Of a DNA stretch of 44,601 bases, positions 1 through 11,706 are shown in pieces. Numbering within the stretch: position 1 is the first letter of the stretch; each line of letters starts with the position of its first letter. The notes beneath the pieces were generated by a model, which was not told the origin of the DNA, did no database searches, and worked only from the letters and a program-made list of their open reading frames with translations. This DNA is from Octopus bimaculoides (Eukaryota): NCBI RefSeq assembly GCF_001194135.2, contig NC_068983.1:144167165-144211765 (forward strand), read 5' to 3'. The translations under genes and the position numbers were made by a program.

Positions 1-1
1 C

Positions 2-913
2 TAGGCCGGCTCTTGCTTCTTGCGTTGCTCCAACTATATCGGCATGTTTTAGTATTCCGATCGCCCTGTTTACTGCCTCTTCCGCATTCCATTTCCTCCC
101 TGTTCGTACCTTTGGAGGGTTTTCTCGGATGCTCTGATCTTTTGAATACCTTAGCATCATTATTGTCCTCGCCTTTCCTGCTTTATATTCTTCGGTGATC
201 AATGTTATTGGAAGTTGCAGCACGAGTTTTCCATATAGTGCTGTTGTATTGAGTGGTTTCGGCAGACCAAGCCATTTTCTGATAAACACACTGCATCTTT
301 GTTCTATCCTTTCTACTCTACTCAAGGCTATTTCGTACATTTGCAATGGCCACATTATCCTTGGGTACAGTCCAAATTGCAGTATCCAACGTTTGAATTT
401 TCCCGGCAGTGTTGTTCTTTCAATTGCCTTCAATCCTTGTTCTACTAACTCGTGTGTCTCTTTCCCTTGCTTCTTATCATTTAATAAGTCTCTAGACCAT
501 CTGCCGAGACTCTTTACTGGTTGTTGTTCTTTCACCGTTGGTATGTCTTCACCTCCTATCCTGAATTTCACTTCTTCTTGCACTCCTTTCACGAAAGCCA
601 CGCTCCGAGATTTTTTGGCTTTGAATTTCATTCTTGCCCATCCTATTAGTTCATCCAACCGCTCTAACGTTCCCTCTGCTGCTTCTCTACTTTCCGATAG
701 TAGAGTGATGTCGTCCATAAAAGCCATTAATGGTGTCTTTATAGCAGCATTCTCACAGTTTGTTGACCTTAGTAACACCTCCATGACTAGCACGAATAAG
801 ATGACTGATATCGTGCATCCGGCTGCAATACCTACTTCTAGCCGTTGCTACTCCGTTGTGAACTCTCCTGCTGTAAATCTCATCCTTATGTTGTCGTAGT
901 AGGACATGAGTAT
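2..913 (-). mobile_element. Non-LTR retrotransposon reverse transcriptase region, HERO-like (RLE-type), runs off the window edge and into a gap
   Basis: Hand translation of the minus strand gives 304 codons with one stop (TAG at 850-848, where W is expected): ...RLEVGIAAGCTISVILFVLVMEVLL...AFMDDITLL (FMDD at 721-710)...WARMKFKAKKSRS...VKSLGRW...LPGKFKRWILQFGLYPRIMWPLQMYEI...FIRKWLGLP...VRTGRKWNAEEAV...DIVGATQEARAGL. The clade call rests on recalled HERO motifs. Confidence 0.9.
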
Positions 914-2126
914 NNNNNNNNNNNNNNNNNNNNNNNNNNNNNNNNNNNNNNNNNNNNNNNNNNNNNNNNNNNNNNNNNNNNNNNNNNNNNNNNNNNNNNN
1001 NNNNNNNNNNNNNNNNNNNNNNNNNNNNNNNNNNNNNNNNNNNNNNNNNNNNNNNNNNNNNNNNNNNNNNNNNNNNNNNNNNNNNNNNNNNNNNNNNNNN
1101 NNNNNNNNNNNNNNNNNNNNNNNNNNNNNNNNNNNNNNNNNNNNNNNNNNNNNNNNNNNNNNNNNNNNNNNNNNNNNNNNNNNNNNNNNNNNNNNNNNNN
1201 NNNNNNNNNNNNNNNNNNNNNNNNNNNNNNNNNNNNNNNNNNNNNNNNNNNNNNNNNNNNNNNNNNNNNNNNNNNNNNNNNNNNNNNNNNNNNNNNNNNN
1301 NNNNNNNNNNNNNNNNNNNNNNNNNNNNNNNNNNNNNNNNNNNNNNNNNNNNNNNNNNNNNNNNNNNNNNNNNNNNNNNNNNNNNNNNNNNNNNNNNNNN
1401 NNNNNNNNNNNNNNNNNNNNNNNNNNNNNNNNNNNNNNNNNNNNNNNNNNNNNNNNNNNNNNNNNNNNNNNNNNNNNNNNNNNNNNNNNNNNNNNNNNNN
1501 NNNNNNNNNNNNNNNNNNNNNNNNNNNNNNNNNNNNNNNNNNNNNNNNNNNNNNNNNNNNNNNNNNNNNNNNNNNNNNNNNNNNNNNNNNNNNNNNNNNN
1601 NNNNNNNNNNNNNNNNNNNNNNNNNNNNNNNNNNNNNNNNNNNNNNNNNNNNNNNNNNNNNNNNNNNNNNNNNNNNNNNNNNNNNNNNNNNNNNNNNNNN
1701 NNNNNNNNNNNNNNNNNNNNNNNNNNNNNNNNNNNNNNNNNNNNNNNNNNNNNNNNNNNNNNNNNNNNNNNNNNNNNNNNNNNNNNNNNNNNNNNNNNNA
1801 TATATATATATATGTTGACATGAATACGTTAATATATATATATGTGTATTGTAAAAAAATTGTCAGAGGTCGTTGAGAACGTAAGCCATTACATTTGGTC
1901 CAAGAGAGAGGTCGAGTGAGAATGGTAGAAACATTTGGCCCAGAGTCACATCATCTGAGTCAACGCAGTTCGTGCTGTTGTGCTAAATCTTTTAGCAGTG
2001 ATCAACACACATCCCCGCACATTCATGCACAGCCATGATATCCACTCTCTCTCTCTTTGAATACATGTATGAAGACACATACACATGCTTACACAAGCTT
2101 ACGTATATGGTTTAGGAATATATATA

Positions 2127-2338
2127 TAGGGTGGCCCAAAAGTAGGTTTACAGTTATTCAACTATCTCTTTCGCATTCATATATTAACACTATAGGTCTT
2201 AATTATAAAAAAATATGAAACCATTATTCTATGTTAATTTAGTTAATTGTAAGATAGAAATATAAATGTAATAAAATGTTTTAAAAGAAATTCAAAATGC
2301 ATACTTGATAACTGTAAACCTACTTTTGGGTCATTCTG
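2127..2338. mobile_element. Tc1/mariner-type MITE, copy 1 (about 212 bp)
   Basis: Imperfect TIRs (t/c)AG..TG.CCCAAAAGTAGGTTTACAGTTA at both ends, TA dinucleotides at 2125-2126 and 2339-2340, non-coding AT-rich interior; homologous to 14364-14599. Confidence 0.9.
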
Positions 2339-2384
2339 TATGTATTTAAAATATCTCGATTGATCTAAATCGTCTCTATGGCGT

Positions 2385-2475
2385 CGATAAAGTACCAGTT
2401 GAGTACTGGAGTCGATGTAATAGGTTTACGCCCACCTCCGTGGTTGCTGGCCTTGTGACCAAAATTTAAACCAAT
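2385..2475 (+). mobile_element. SINE family C 3' fragment (Deu/Nin-like domain)
   Basis: gtcgataaagtaccagttgagtactggagtcgatgta...ctggccttgtgaccaaaatttaaacca matches the reverse complement of the copies at 35862 and 43565. Confidence 0.7.
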
Positions 2476-2538
2476 ATAGATGTATACATATCTATATCTA
2501 GCTCCGTGAGCGCGCGCGCGTCTATATATGTATATATA

Positions 2539-2855
2539 TTCTTTCATTCTTTTATTTGTTTCAGTCATTTGACTGCGGCCATGCTGGAGCACCCCCTTTA
2601 GTTGAACAAATCGAGCTCAGGACCTATTCTTTGTAGACCTAGTACGTATTCTATCGGACTCTTTTGACGAACCGTTTGATTACGGGGACGTAAACACAGA
2701 CACACAAACATACGCGCACACACACACACACACATATATACGACGGGCCGTTTTCAATTTTTGTCTACCAAATTCACTCACAAAGATTTAATCGACATGT
2801 GGCTAGAGTAGAAGACACTTGCCGAAGATGCCACGCAAGCTACTTACCACACATA
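2539..2855 (-). mobile_element. Composite SINE: CORE-like head (B) + internal (TG)n/(TA)n + 3' module (A)
   Basis: Module A 2539-2700 (ttcagtcatttgactgcggccatgctggagcacc...acggggacgtaaacac), CA/TA repeat, module B 2738-2855 (gacggg...ctaccaaattcactcacaa...gaagacacttgcc); both modules recur elsewhere in the window. Confidence 0.75.
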
Positions 2856-2897
2856 CATGCGCTCACACACACACGCACACACACACACAGATGTCTG

Positions 2898-3045
2898 TGT
2901 GTGGATGTATAGTAAGAACCATATGGCTCTGGGTTCAGTCCCAGTGACATGGCACCTTAAGCAGTTGTCATCTTCTATGACCTCGGGCCGATCAAAGACT
3001 CTTAAGTGGATTTGGTAGACGGAAGTTGAGAAAGACCCCTTCCAT
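2898..3045 (+). mobile_element. tRNA-derived SINE head, module B
   Basis: B-box-like GGGTTCAGTCCC followed by ggcacctt...gggccgatcaaag...gtggatttggtagacggaa, shared with 15005-15168. Confidence 0.75.
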
Positions 3046-3077
3046 AGATATATGTGAGTGTATGTATATATACCAAT

Positions 3078-3253
3078 TTACTCTTTTATTTGTTTCAATC
3101 ATTTCACTGCGGCCATGCTGGATCACCGCCTCCAGGACTTATTCTTTATAAGTCGAGTACTTATTCTATCAGTCTGTTTTGCCGAACCGCAAGGCTACGG
3201 GGACGCAAACACACCAATATTGGTTGTCAAGCGATGGAGTGGGTACAAACACA

Positions 3254-3255
<2 letters not shown>
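3078..3255 (-). mobile_element. SINE 3' module A
   Basis: tcatttcactgcggccatgctgg...gtacttattctatc...acggggacgcaaacacacc...ttgtcaagcgatgg; homologous to 2539 and 25140. Confidence 0.8.
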
Positions 3256-3317
<62 letters not shown>

Positions 3318-4192
3318 NNNNNNNNNNNNNNNNNNNNNNNNNNNNNNNNNNNNNNNNNNNNNNNNNNNNNNNNNNNNNNNNNNNNNNNNNNNNNNNNNNN
3401 NNNNNNNNNNNNNNNNNNNNNNNNNNNNNNNNNNNNNNNNNNNNNNNNNNNNNNNNNNNNNNNNNNNNNNNNNNNNNNNNNNNNNNNNNNNNNNNNNNNN
3501 NNNNNNNNNNNNNNNNNNNNNNNNNNNNNNNNNNNNNNNNNNNNNNNNNNNNNNNNNNNNNNNNNNNNNNNNNNNNNNNNNNNNNNNNNNNNNNNNNNNN
3601 NNNNNNNNNNNNNNNNNNNNNNNNNNNNNNNNNNNNNNNNNNNNNNNNNNNNNNNNNNNNNNNNNNNNNNNNNNNNNNNNNNNNNNNNNNNNNNNNNNNN
3701 NNNNNNNNNNNNNNNNNNNNNNNNNNNNNNNNNNNNNNNNNNNNNNNNNNNNNNNNNNNNNNNNNNNNNNNNNNNNNNNNNNNNNNNNNNNNNNNNNNNN
3801 NNNNNNNNNNNNNNNNNNNNNNNNNNNNNNNNNNNNNNNNNNNNNNNNNNNNNNNNNNNNNNNNNNNNNNNNNNNNNNNNNNNNNNNNNNNNNNNNNNNN
3901 NNNNNNNNNNNNNNNNNNNNNNNNNNNNNNNNNNNNNNNNNNNNNNNNNNNNNNNNNNNNNNNNNNNNNNNNNNNNNNNNNNNNNNNNNNNNNNNNNNNN
4001 NNNNNNNNNNNNNNNNNNNNNNNNNNNNNNNNNNNNNNNNNNNNNNNNNNNNNNNNNNNNNNNNNNNNNNNNNNNNNNNNNNNNNNNNNNNATATACATA
4101 TATATATGCGTGTCTTTCTCTTATTATTTGTCCCCCACCACCGCTTGACAACTGAATATATAGAATATATATTTATACGCGTGCAGGAGAGC

Positions 4193-4253
<61 letters not shown>

Positions 4254-4329
4254 CGTACGTGTGTGTGTACGTTAGCTGATAAATCCATAACTAAACTAAA
4301 CTAAACTAAGCGATGGGGCTATCAGCACT

Positions 4330-4448
4330 ACCGAGTCCACACTACTTATAGGGTTTTGGTCGGCCTGAGTGTACACATTCGCAAGGGGCCACGAAGTGAG
4401 ACTGAACCCGGAATCAGGTGGTTGGTAAGCAAACTTCTTACCGTACAC
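4330..4448 (-). mobile_element. tRNA-derived SINE head, module B (degenerate)
   Basis: tttggtcggcc...gagactgaacccggaatc...ggttggtaagcaaacttcttacc; B-box GGTTCAGTC on the minus strand. Confidence 0.65.
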
Positions 4449-4635
4449 ATTATTTACATCTATGTTTTATTGATGTAGTTATTATTCATTTTATTTAGAA
4501 GAGCCCTAAATCACCTTATTTTGAAACTGTATGGATAATACCATACTAAATTCTGGTGCCTAAAGTCAAGTACCATATTCATCTGAATCTAAACGTTTTG
4601 CGGAACTCTCTCTCTCTCTCTGTATATATGTATAC

Positions 4636-4737
<102 letters not shown>

Positions 4738-4740
4738 ACA

Positions 4741-4875
4741 GAGGACCGCATTATCTAAGGTACTGGGGAAATGGGTTTGTTTGTTTTTAAGACAGTAATG
4801 TGTAATTTGATGGAGATTTGACTGCTATTTTTAGTAGGCAGGCTGTCCAAGTCCAGATTGCCCCATCGCTCGTTT
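4741..4875 (+). repeat. Interspersed repeat family E fragment
   Basis: ggaccgcattatct...ttttaagacagtaatgtgtaatttgatggagatttgactgctatttttag resembles 27580-27670, 35270-35430 and 41720-41770; an inverted near-copy lies at 5302-5391. Confidence 0.6.
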
Positions 4876-4884
4876 TATATGTTT

Positions 4885-5095
4885 ATCTTTCATTTGATTC
4901 AACCATTAGACTGCGGCCATCCTGGGGCACCTCCTTGAAATTTATTGAGCCAAAAGAATCGGCCCTAGTACTTATTTTTTAAAAAACCTGATACTCATTT
5001 TATCAATGTATTTGTCCAACCACCAAGTTATAGAGACGTAGACACACCACAACCTGTTGCCATTCGATGGGGTTGAAACACAAGCACAAAGACTT
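4885..5095 (-). mobile_element. SINE 3' module A (degenerate), separated from its probable head at 6651-6890 by a mariner
   Basis: cattagactgcggccatcctggggcacc...gtactta...gagacgtagacacacc; same order as the 2539-2855 composite once the mariner is removed. Confidence 0.65.
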
Positions 5096-5134
5096 ACACA
5101 CACACACACACACACACACATACACTCACACATA

Positions 5135-6644
5135 TTGGCTCATCCCATAAATAATGCGGTGTTTTCAATTGCATGAAGTAAAGTCGGAGGGAGACGGGAT
5201 AAACTACCTGCATCAACCTGCTATAAAAGCAGGTAATAATTTTACCTGTATTTATGCATTGTGCTAGTTTTGAAGAGTGCAGTTCGATTTTAACAGTTAC
5301 TAAATATCACAGTCAAGTTTCCATCAAATTACACATTACTGTCTTAAAAACAAACAAATCCACGTCTCCGATACTTTAGATGATGCGGTCTTTGGTTTTT
5401 TGTACTTATTTTATCATACGTCGGCCCATTTAGGGCTCTTCCAAGCACTAAATAAGAATAATAACTGCAAAAAGCAGGTAGTAATTTTACCTTGTACTTA
5501 TTCTTAGTGCAAGTTTTGAAGAGTGCAGTTCGATTTTAACAGTTATTTTTTTAAAGGTATAATGGAAGTGACAAAGGTGCATATTCGGCATATTTTGTTT
5601 AATAAGTTCAATAAAAGCAACAACGCAACGGAAAGTGCGAGGAATATTAAAGCAGTAAGCGTAAGCCAGTGTCAACGGTGCTAACAGAAATTCTGAGTCG
5701 GAAACTACAGCGTAGGAGTCGAGCCTAGTCCTGGAAGATGTGTAGATCTCGACGAGGACGTCGTGCAAACCCTGGTGGAACAAAATCCCATCGTAACTGT
5801 TGAAGGAACTAGCAGAGAAGCTTGGATTTGGTCATTCAACCATTCATCGACGCATGCGTGCCATCGGAAAAGTCAATGAATTGGATCAATGGGTTCCTCA
5901 CACACTCTTCAAGTCTAATCGCGCGCAGAGAGTGAATGTGTTCTCTTCTTTGCTGTCAAGTCTAACGAATGAACTTTTTTTTCGACCGAGTAGTGACAGG
6001 TGACAAGAAATGGGTTCTCGATAAAAAATGTCCAGCACCGAAGACAGTGGGTAGGGAAAGGAGAAACATCGGCACCCCACGCTAAAGAAGATATTCACCC
6101 ATGTAAAGTGTTGTTACCTGTTTGGTGGGATATGAAAGGTTTAGTCCACTTTGTACTTTTAAACCCGAACCAAACAATAACAAAGGAGATCTACCGCGAG
6201 CAGATTGAGCGGCTTAAGTCAGCGCTAGAGGGAAAACAACTATCTTTGGGTTCGAGACGAAAAGTGTTCTTCCATCAGAATAATGCTCGGCCACATACAG
6301 CAAGGATGACATTCTAAAAACTGGAGCAGTTTTAACGGGAAACGATGCCTCACTCACCATATTCATCTGACGCTGTTCTATCTGATTATCATTTATTCCG
6401 CAGTCTTCAAAGTCATTTGAACAGAAAAAAATATGAATTCTGTAGACGAGGTCAGAATAGTACTGGAGGAGTATTTTTTGTTATGGATAGGGGAATTTTG
6501 GAAGAGGGGCCTTGGAAATCTACCAGATAGATGGAAGAGCATTGTAGAAAATGAAGGAGAGTATATTTTTTGATTAAAAAAGAACTTCATCTTGATTTTG
6601 AAAAAAATAAAAGAAAAAACCGCATTATTTATGGGATGACCCAA
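5135..6644 (+). mobile_element. Full-length decayed mariner (DD34D) transposon, 1510 bp
   Basis: TIRs TTGG(C/G)TCATCCCATAAATAATGCGGT at 5135 and, inverted, ending at 6644; TA at 5133-5134 and 6645-6646; transposase remnants between them. Confidence 0.95.
5562..6578 (+). pseudogene. Mariner transposase pseudogene (frameshifts, stops, second catalytic D to N)
   Basis: MEVTKVHIRHIL..., WVPHTL, VTGDKKW, KVLLPVWWD, FHQNNARPHTA (consensus HDNARPH), HSPYSSD...SDYHLF, LPDRWKSIVENEGEY, spread over several frames. Confidence 0.93.
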
Positions 6645-6650
6645 TATATA

Positions 6651-6885
6651 TGACGGGCTTCTTTCAGATTCCCTCTACTTAATTCACTCACAAGACTCTA
6701 GTTGACCCGGGATTAACGTAGAAGAGACTTACCCAGGTGCCATGTAATGGGTCTGCACACAATTTAACTCATAGGCATGGGACGATCCGTGTCTTTAGGA
6801 AATATTTGTCCAAGATGCCACACAGTAAGATTGAACTCGAAACACGAAACTTCATGGTTGGACAGCGAGCTTCTTAACCATTCAG

Positions 6886-6890
<5 letters not shown>
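6651..6890 (-). mobile_element. tRNA-derived SINE head, module B (partly duplicated)
   Basis: gacgggcttctttcag...ttcactcacaag...ccaagatgccacacagtaagattgaactcgaa...gcttcttaaccattcagccac. Confidence 0.7.
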
Positions 6891-6944
<54 letters not shown>

Positions 6945-7257
6945 TACATGATATGACACGCATATATTTACGAGCATATACTTCAAATACAAGAATACAT
7001 ACGCACATATATCGGTATACGTAAAATAACACCGATGTATACAGGTACGTATATTTATATACCCACCTACACATACTTTCATGTCAGCTCCTCCGAAGCT
7101 TCGTAAACATATTTATACACATACATATACAAAAACGTAAATGCTTACACATAACTACGTCCACCCCGTACGTTGGCATACAACGTATCAATAAACACAC
7201 ACCCTCGCTCGAATAGGTACACATAAAAAAATACCCATACATTAACATGTTAATTTT

Positions 7258-7475
7258 CTGTGAATGGCAGAATCGTTAAAGCGTCGAACGAAATAATGTG
7301 ATGATTGATGACGTCACAATACTTTCAGAGTTCAAACCCTGTCCACCTTCAGTCTACCTTTAGTTCTTCCGAGGTCTATGAATTAAACAACATAAAACGA
7401 TAAAATCAATACTGGAGGATTCGTAGAATCGGTTATATTTGAAGTGGTGCTCCTACACGACCACAGTCCATTAAT
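7258..7475 (+). mobile_element. Degenerate SINE, family C head with a module A-like tail
   Basis: tggcagaatcgttaaagcgtc...gagttcaaa...ttcttccgaggtc...gtggtgctcctacacgaccacagtc. Confidence 0.55.
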
Positions 7476-7500
7476 ATACATTCATACGCACATACATAAT

Positions 7501-7533
<33 letters not shown>

Positions 7534-7695
7534 CACACACACACATATAATATATATATACGCATACATAGCACATCAGCCCATGTGCTCATTCATAAAC
7601 ATCTGTGTGCAGCTATATAGACAGACACACAGACACAGGTAGATAGCCATGTTGTGGCATATCTAAGCTTAGACACCTACACAAAGATACGCGCA

Positions 7696-7777
<82 letters not shown>

Positions 7778-8560
7778 NNNNNNNNNNNNNNNNNNNNNNN
7801 NNNNNNNNNNNNNNNNNNNNNNNNNNNNNNNNNNNNNNNNNNNNNNNNNNNNNNNNNNNNNNNNNNNNNNNNNNNNNNNNNNNNNNNNNNNNNNNNNNNN
7901 NNNNNNNNNNNNNNNNNNNNNNNNNNNNNNNNNNNNNNNNNNNNNNNNNNNNNNNNNNNNNNNNNNNNNNNNNNNNNNNNNNNNNNNNNNNNNNNNNNNN
8001 NNNNNNNNNNNNNNNNNNNNNNNNNNNNNNNNNNNNNNNNNNNNNNNNNNNNNNNNNNNNNNNNNNNNNNNNNNNNNNNNNNNNNNNNNNNNNNNNNNNN
8101 NNNNNNNNNNNNNNNNNNNNNNNNNNNNNNNNNNNNNNNNNNNNNNNNNNNNNNNNNNNNNNNNNNNNNNNNNNNNNNNNNNNNNNNNNNNNNNNNNNNN
8201 NNNNNNNNNNNNNNNNNNNNNNNNNNNNNNNNNNNNNNNNNNNNNNNNNNNNNNNNNNNNNNNNNNNNNNNNNNNNNNNNNNNNNNNNNNNNNNNNNNNN
8301 NNNNNNNNNNNNNNNNNNNNNNNNNNNNNNNNNNNNNNNNNNNNNNNNNNNNNNNNNNNNNNNNNNNNNNNNNNNNNNNNNNNNNNNNNNNNNNNNNNNN
8401 NNNNNNNNNNNNNNNNNNNNNNNNNNNNNNNNNNNNNNNNNNNNNNNNNNNNNNNNNNNNNNNNNNNNNNNNNNNNNNNTATATATATATATATGGAGCG
8501 CATACAACCAGATATACAAGAACATTATATATTTGTGTGTGTATGTGTGTCTGTGGTGTA

Positions 8561-8561
<1 letters not shown>

Positions 8562-8606
<45 letters not shown>

Positions 8607-8630
8607 AAGGGAGAGATAGAAAGAGAGAGA
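8562..8630. repeat. (GA)n microsatellite
   Basis: Seen directly. Confidence 0.95.
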
Positions 8631-10341
8631 CAGGGATATACCCTTACAGGAGAGTGCAGACACGTTCCGTACAAACCCATAGACAGACTCATACACATCT
8701 ACACAAGCACACCCGTGCGCACAAACACTCCCACTCACACACACACACACATCTACAAACAACCCTCACCCCCCCACTCATTTCTCACATGCTAAACTGG
8801 GGTCCACAACTCAAACTCCTCTTTCACTGTAGCTTTTCCTCCTCCTCCTCCTCCTCCTCCTCCTCCTCNNNNNNNNNNNNNNNNNNNNNNNNNNNNNNNN
8901 NNNNNNNNNNNNNNNNNNNNNNNNNNNNNNNNNNNNNNNNNNNNNNNNNNNNNNNNNNNNNNNNNNNNNNNNNNNNNNNNNNNNNNNNNNNNNNNNNNNN
9001 NNNNNNNNNNNNNNNNNNNNNNNNNNNNNNNNNNNNNNNNNNNNNNNNNNNNNNNNNNNNNNNNNNNNNNNNNNNNNNNNNNNNNNNNNNNNNNNNNNNN
9101 NNNNNNNNNNNNNNNNNNNNNNNNNNNNNNNNNNNNNNNNNNNNNNNNNNNNNNNNNNNNNNNNNNNNNNNNNNNNNNNNNNNNNNNNNNNNNNNNNNNN
9201 NNNNNNNNNNNNNNNNNNNNNNNNNNNNNNNNNNNNNNNNNNNNNNNNNNNNNNNNNNNNNNNNNNNNNNNNNNNNNNNNNNNNNNNNNNNNNNNNNNNN
9301 NNNNNNNNNNNNNNNNNNNNNNNNNNNNNNNNNNNNNNNNNNNNNNNNNNNNNNNNNNNNNNNNNNNNNNNNNNNNNNNNNNNNNNNNNNNNNNNNNNNN
9401 NNNNNNNNNNNNNNNNNNNNNNNNNNNNNNNNNNNNNNNNNNNNNNNNNNNNNNNNNNNNNNNNNNNNNNNNNNNNNNNNNNNNNNNNNNNTATACATAT
9501 GATATACCTGTCTGCTTAACGATCTCTTCTCTATCCCTCTCCCTTTCTCATTCTATTTTCTGTGTGTTATTTTATTTTATATCATTACAAACAGAGGATT
9601 AAAACCAAGCCCAACCTTGATAGATTTAATTTCTGAGTTTAATTTTTCTTTCAATTTAACTTTGTAATTTCTTCGCCACTCTCTCCTTACTCCTACATCT
9701 ATCTATTATTTTCTTTTTCGAAGGCTTTGTTGGATTTCGTTTCTTTCATTTTCTCTTTAAAAAATCCGCTACTGTATCTTTAGAAAATACCACTCACAGA
9801 AATCTTCAAATTTTTCTGTTTCGAACATCAAGTTTTCTAACTTCTGCTGCTGCTTTCAGAAAAAGAGAAACTATTGTAAAATGAACAAATGAAGCTGTGT
9901 CATAATCGATTTATAAATTATTGAGATTCATCCACATCTATTATTATTATCATTAATATTATAACGCCGTTATTATTGCGTTAAGAATGATTTGTTTATT
10001 ATGTGAAAAAAAAAAAAAAAAAGACAATGAAGTTAAAAGCAACAAAGTATAATTAAAAATAAAAATCTTCACGCACTTTTCAAGGCAGCAGTATCACTTC
10101 CTACTCTTGCAGACCCAGCTTCTTAACTTCCTTATTTTTTCCCTTTGTTATCTATTTATTTATTTATTTATTTATTTATTTTCATTTATTTATTTATTTA
10201 TTTATTTCGCTTTTGAAATTTTATTTTTGTTCTTTGGGCAAAACTTACGACTAGAGGCGCCACCGGACTAATATTGCTTTATACATATCTATCTATATCT
10301 ATATATCTATATATCTATATGTATATGGACACACGTTATCA

Positions 10342-10387
10342 ATGGAGTCCTTTTTATTGGTATTTATTATTCTAATCTCCGCAACAG
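10342..10387 (+). CDS. Candidate first coding exon encoding a signal peptide (MESFLLVFIILISAT, phase 1)
   Basis: ATG in caATGG context, 15 codons with a hydrophobic core and small residues at the end, followed directly by a consensus donor CAG|GTAAGT (10388-10393). Phase-1 introns after signal-peptide exons are common. Confidence 0.5.
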
Positions 10388-10626
10388 GTAAGTGAAATAT
10401 TTTCCCAATGTTTTTTGGTATACATAACATGCCACATTCATGCAATATACCACGTGTTATCACCGATATAATATTTGTTACGCTATCTTTTAATTGTTCT
10501 TTTCTGATATCTTTTTCTGGTATATATACTTTTTCCAGTGGCTGCTGCGTAATGTGAGGGGGTGTTTATAAGATAGAACCTCTCTTTATGTTACTTTTTT
10601 TTACAGGACAGACTATCTTGCGATTG

Positions 10627-10667
<41 letters not shown>

Positions 10668-11629
10668 NNNNNNNNNNNNNNNNNNNNNNNNNNNNNNNNN
10701 NNNNNNNNNNNNNNNNNNNNNNNNNNNNNNNNNNNNNNNNNNNNNNNNNNNNNNNNNNNNNNNNNNNNNNNNNNNNNNNNNNNNNNNNNNNNNNNNNNNN
10801 NNNNNNNNNNNNNNNNNNNNNNNNNNNNNNNNNNNNNNNNNNNNNNNNNNNNNNNNNNNNNNNNNNNNNNNNNNNNNNNNNNNNNNNNNNNNNNNNNNNN
10901 NNNNNNNNNNNNNNNNNNNNNNNNNNNNNNNNNNNNNNNNNNNNNNNNNNNNNNNNNNNNNNNNNNNNNNNNNNNNNNNNNNNNNNNNNNNNNNNNNNNN
11001 NNNNNNNNNNNNNNNNNNNNNNNNNNNNNNNNNNNNNNNNNNNNNNNNNNNNNNNNNNNNNNNNNNNNNNNNNNNNNNNNNNNNNNNNNNNNNNNNNNNN
11101 NNNNNNNNNNNNNNNNNNNNNNNNNNNNNNNNNNNNNNNNNNNNNNNNNNNNNNNNNNNNNNNNNNNNNNNNNNNNNNNNNNNNNNNNNNNNNNNNNNNN
11201 NNNNNNNNNNNNNNNNNNNNNNNNNNNNNNNNNNNNNNNNNNNNNNNNNATATATATATATATATACATACATACATATACACATTTGTTAATATATAGT
11301 AATAACATATATTACTATTATATATAGTAATAAAAGCTATGTGTGTGTCTCTGTGCGCGCGCGCGTGTGTACGACCGTACGTGCGTGTATGTGTGTGTGT
11401 GTGTGTGTGTGTAATAGTAAAAACGGTACAGAAAGACGAGGACAGCAAATACGTAAAACATGTAAAAACAACATAGAAAAGATGTCGACACTTTCATCCC
11501 TTATTAGTTATCGACCAAAAATCTTCACTACTTCGACATGTGCGTGTACGTATGCGTATATGTGTGTGCGTATGTGTGTATGTGTGTGTGCGCGTATGTG
11601 TGTACGTGAGTGAGAGTGTGTGTGTGTGT

Positions 11630-11672
<43 letters not shown>

Positions 11673-11706
11673 CGTGTGTGTGTGTCTGTTGGTGCGCGTC
11701 TGTGTG

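Noticed and set aside
195-899. 234-aa plus-strand ORF
   Set aside because: Antisense shadow of the minus-strand RT frame; no independent protein features.
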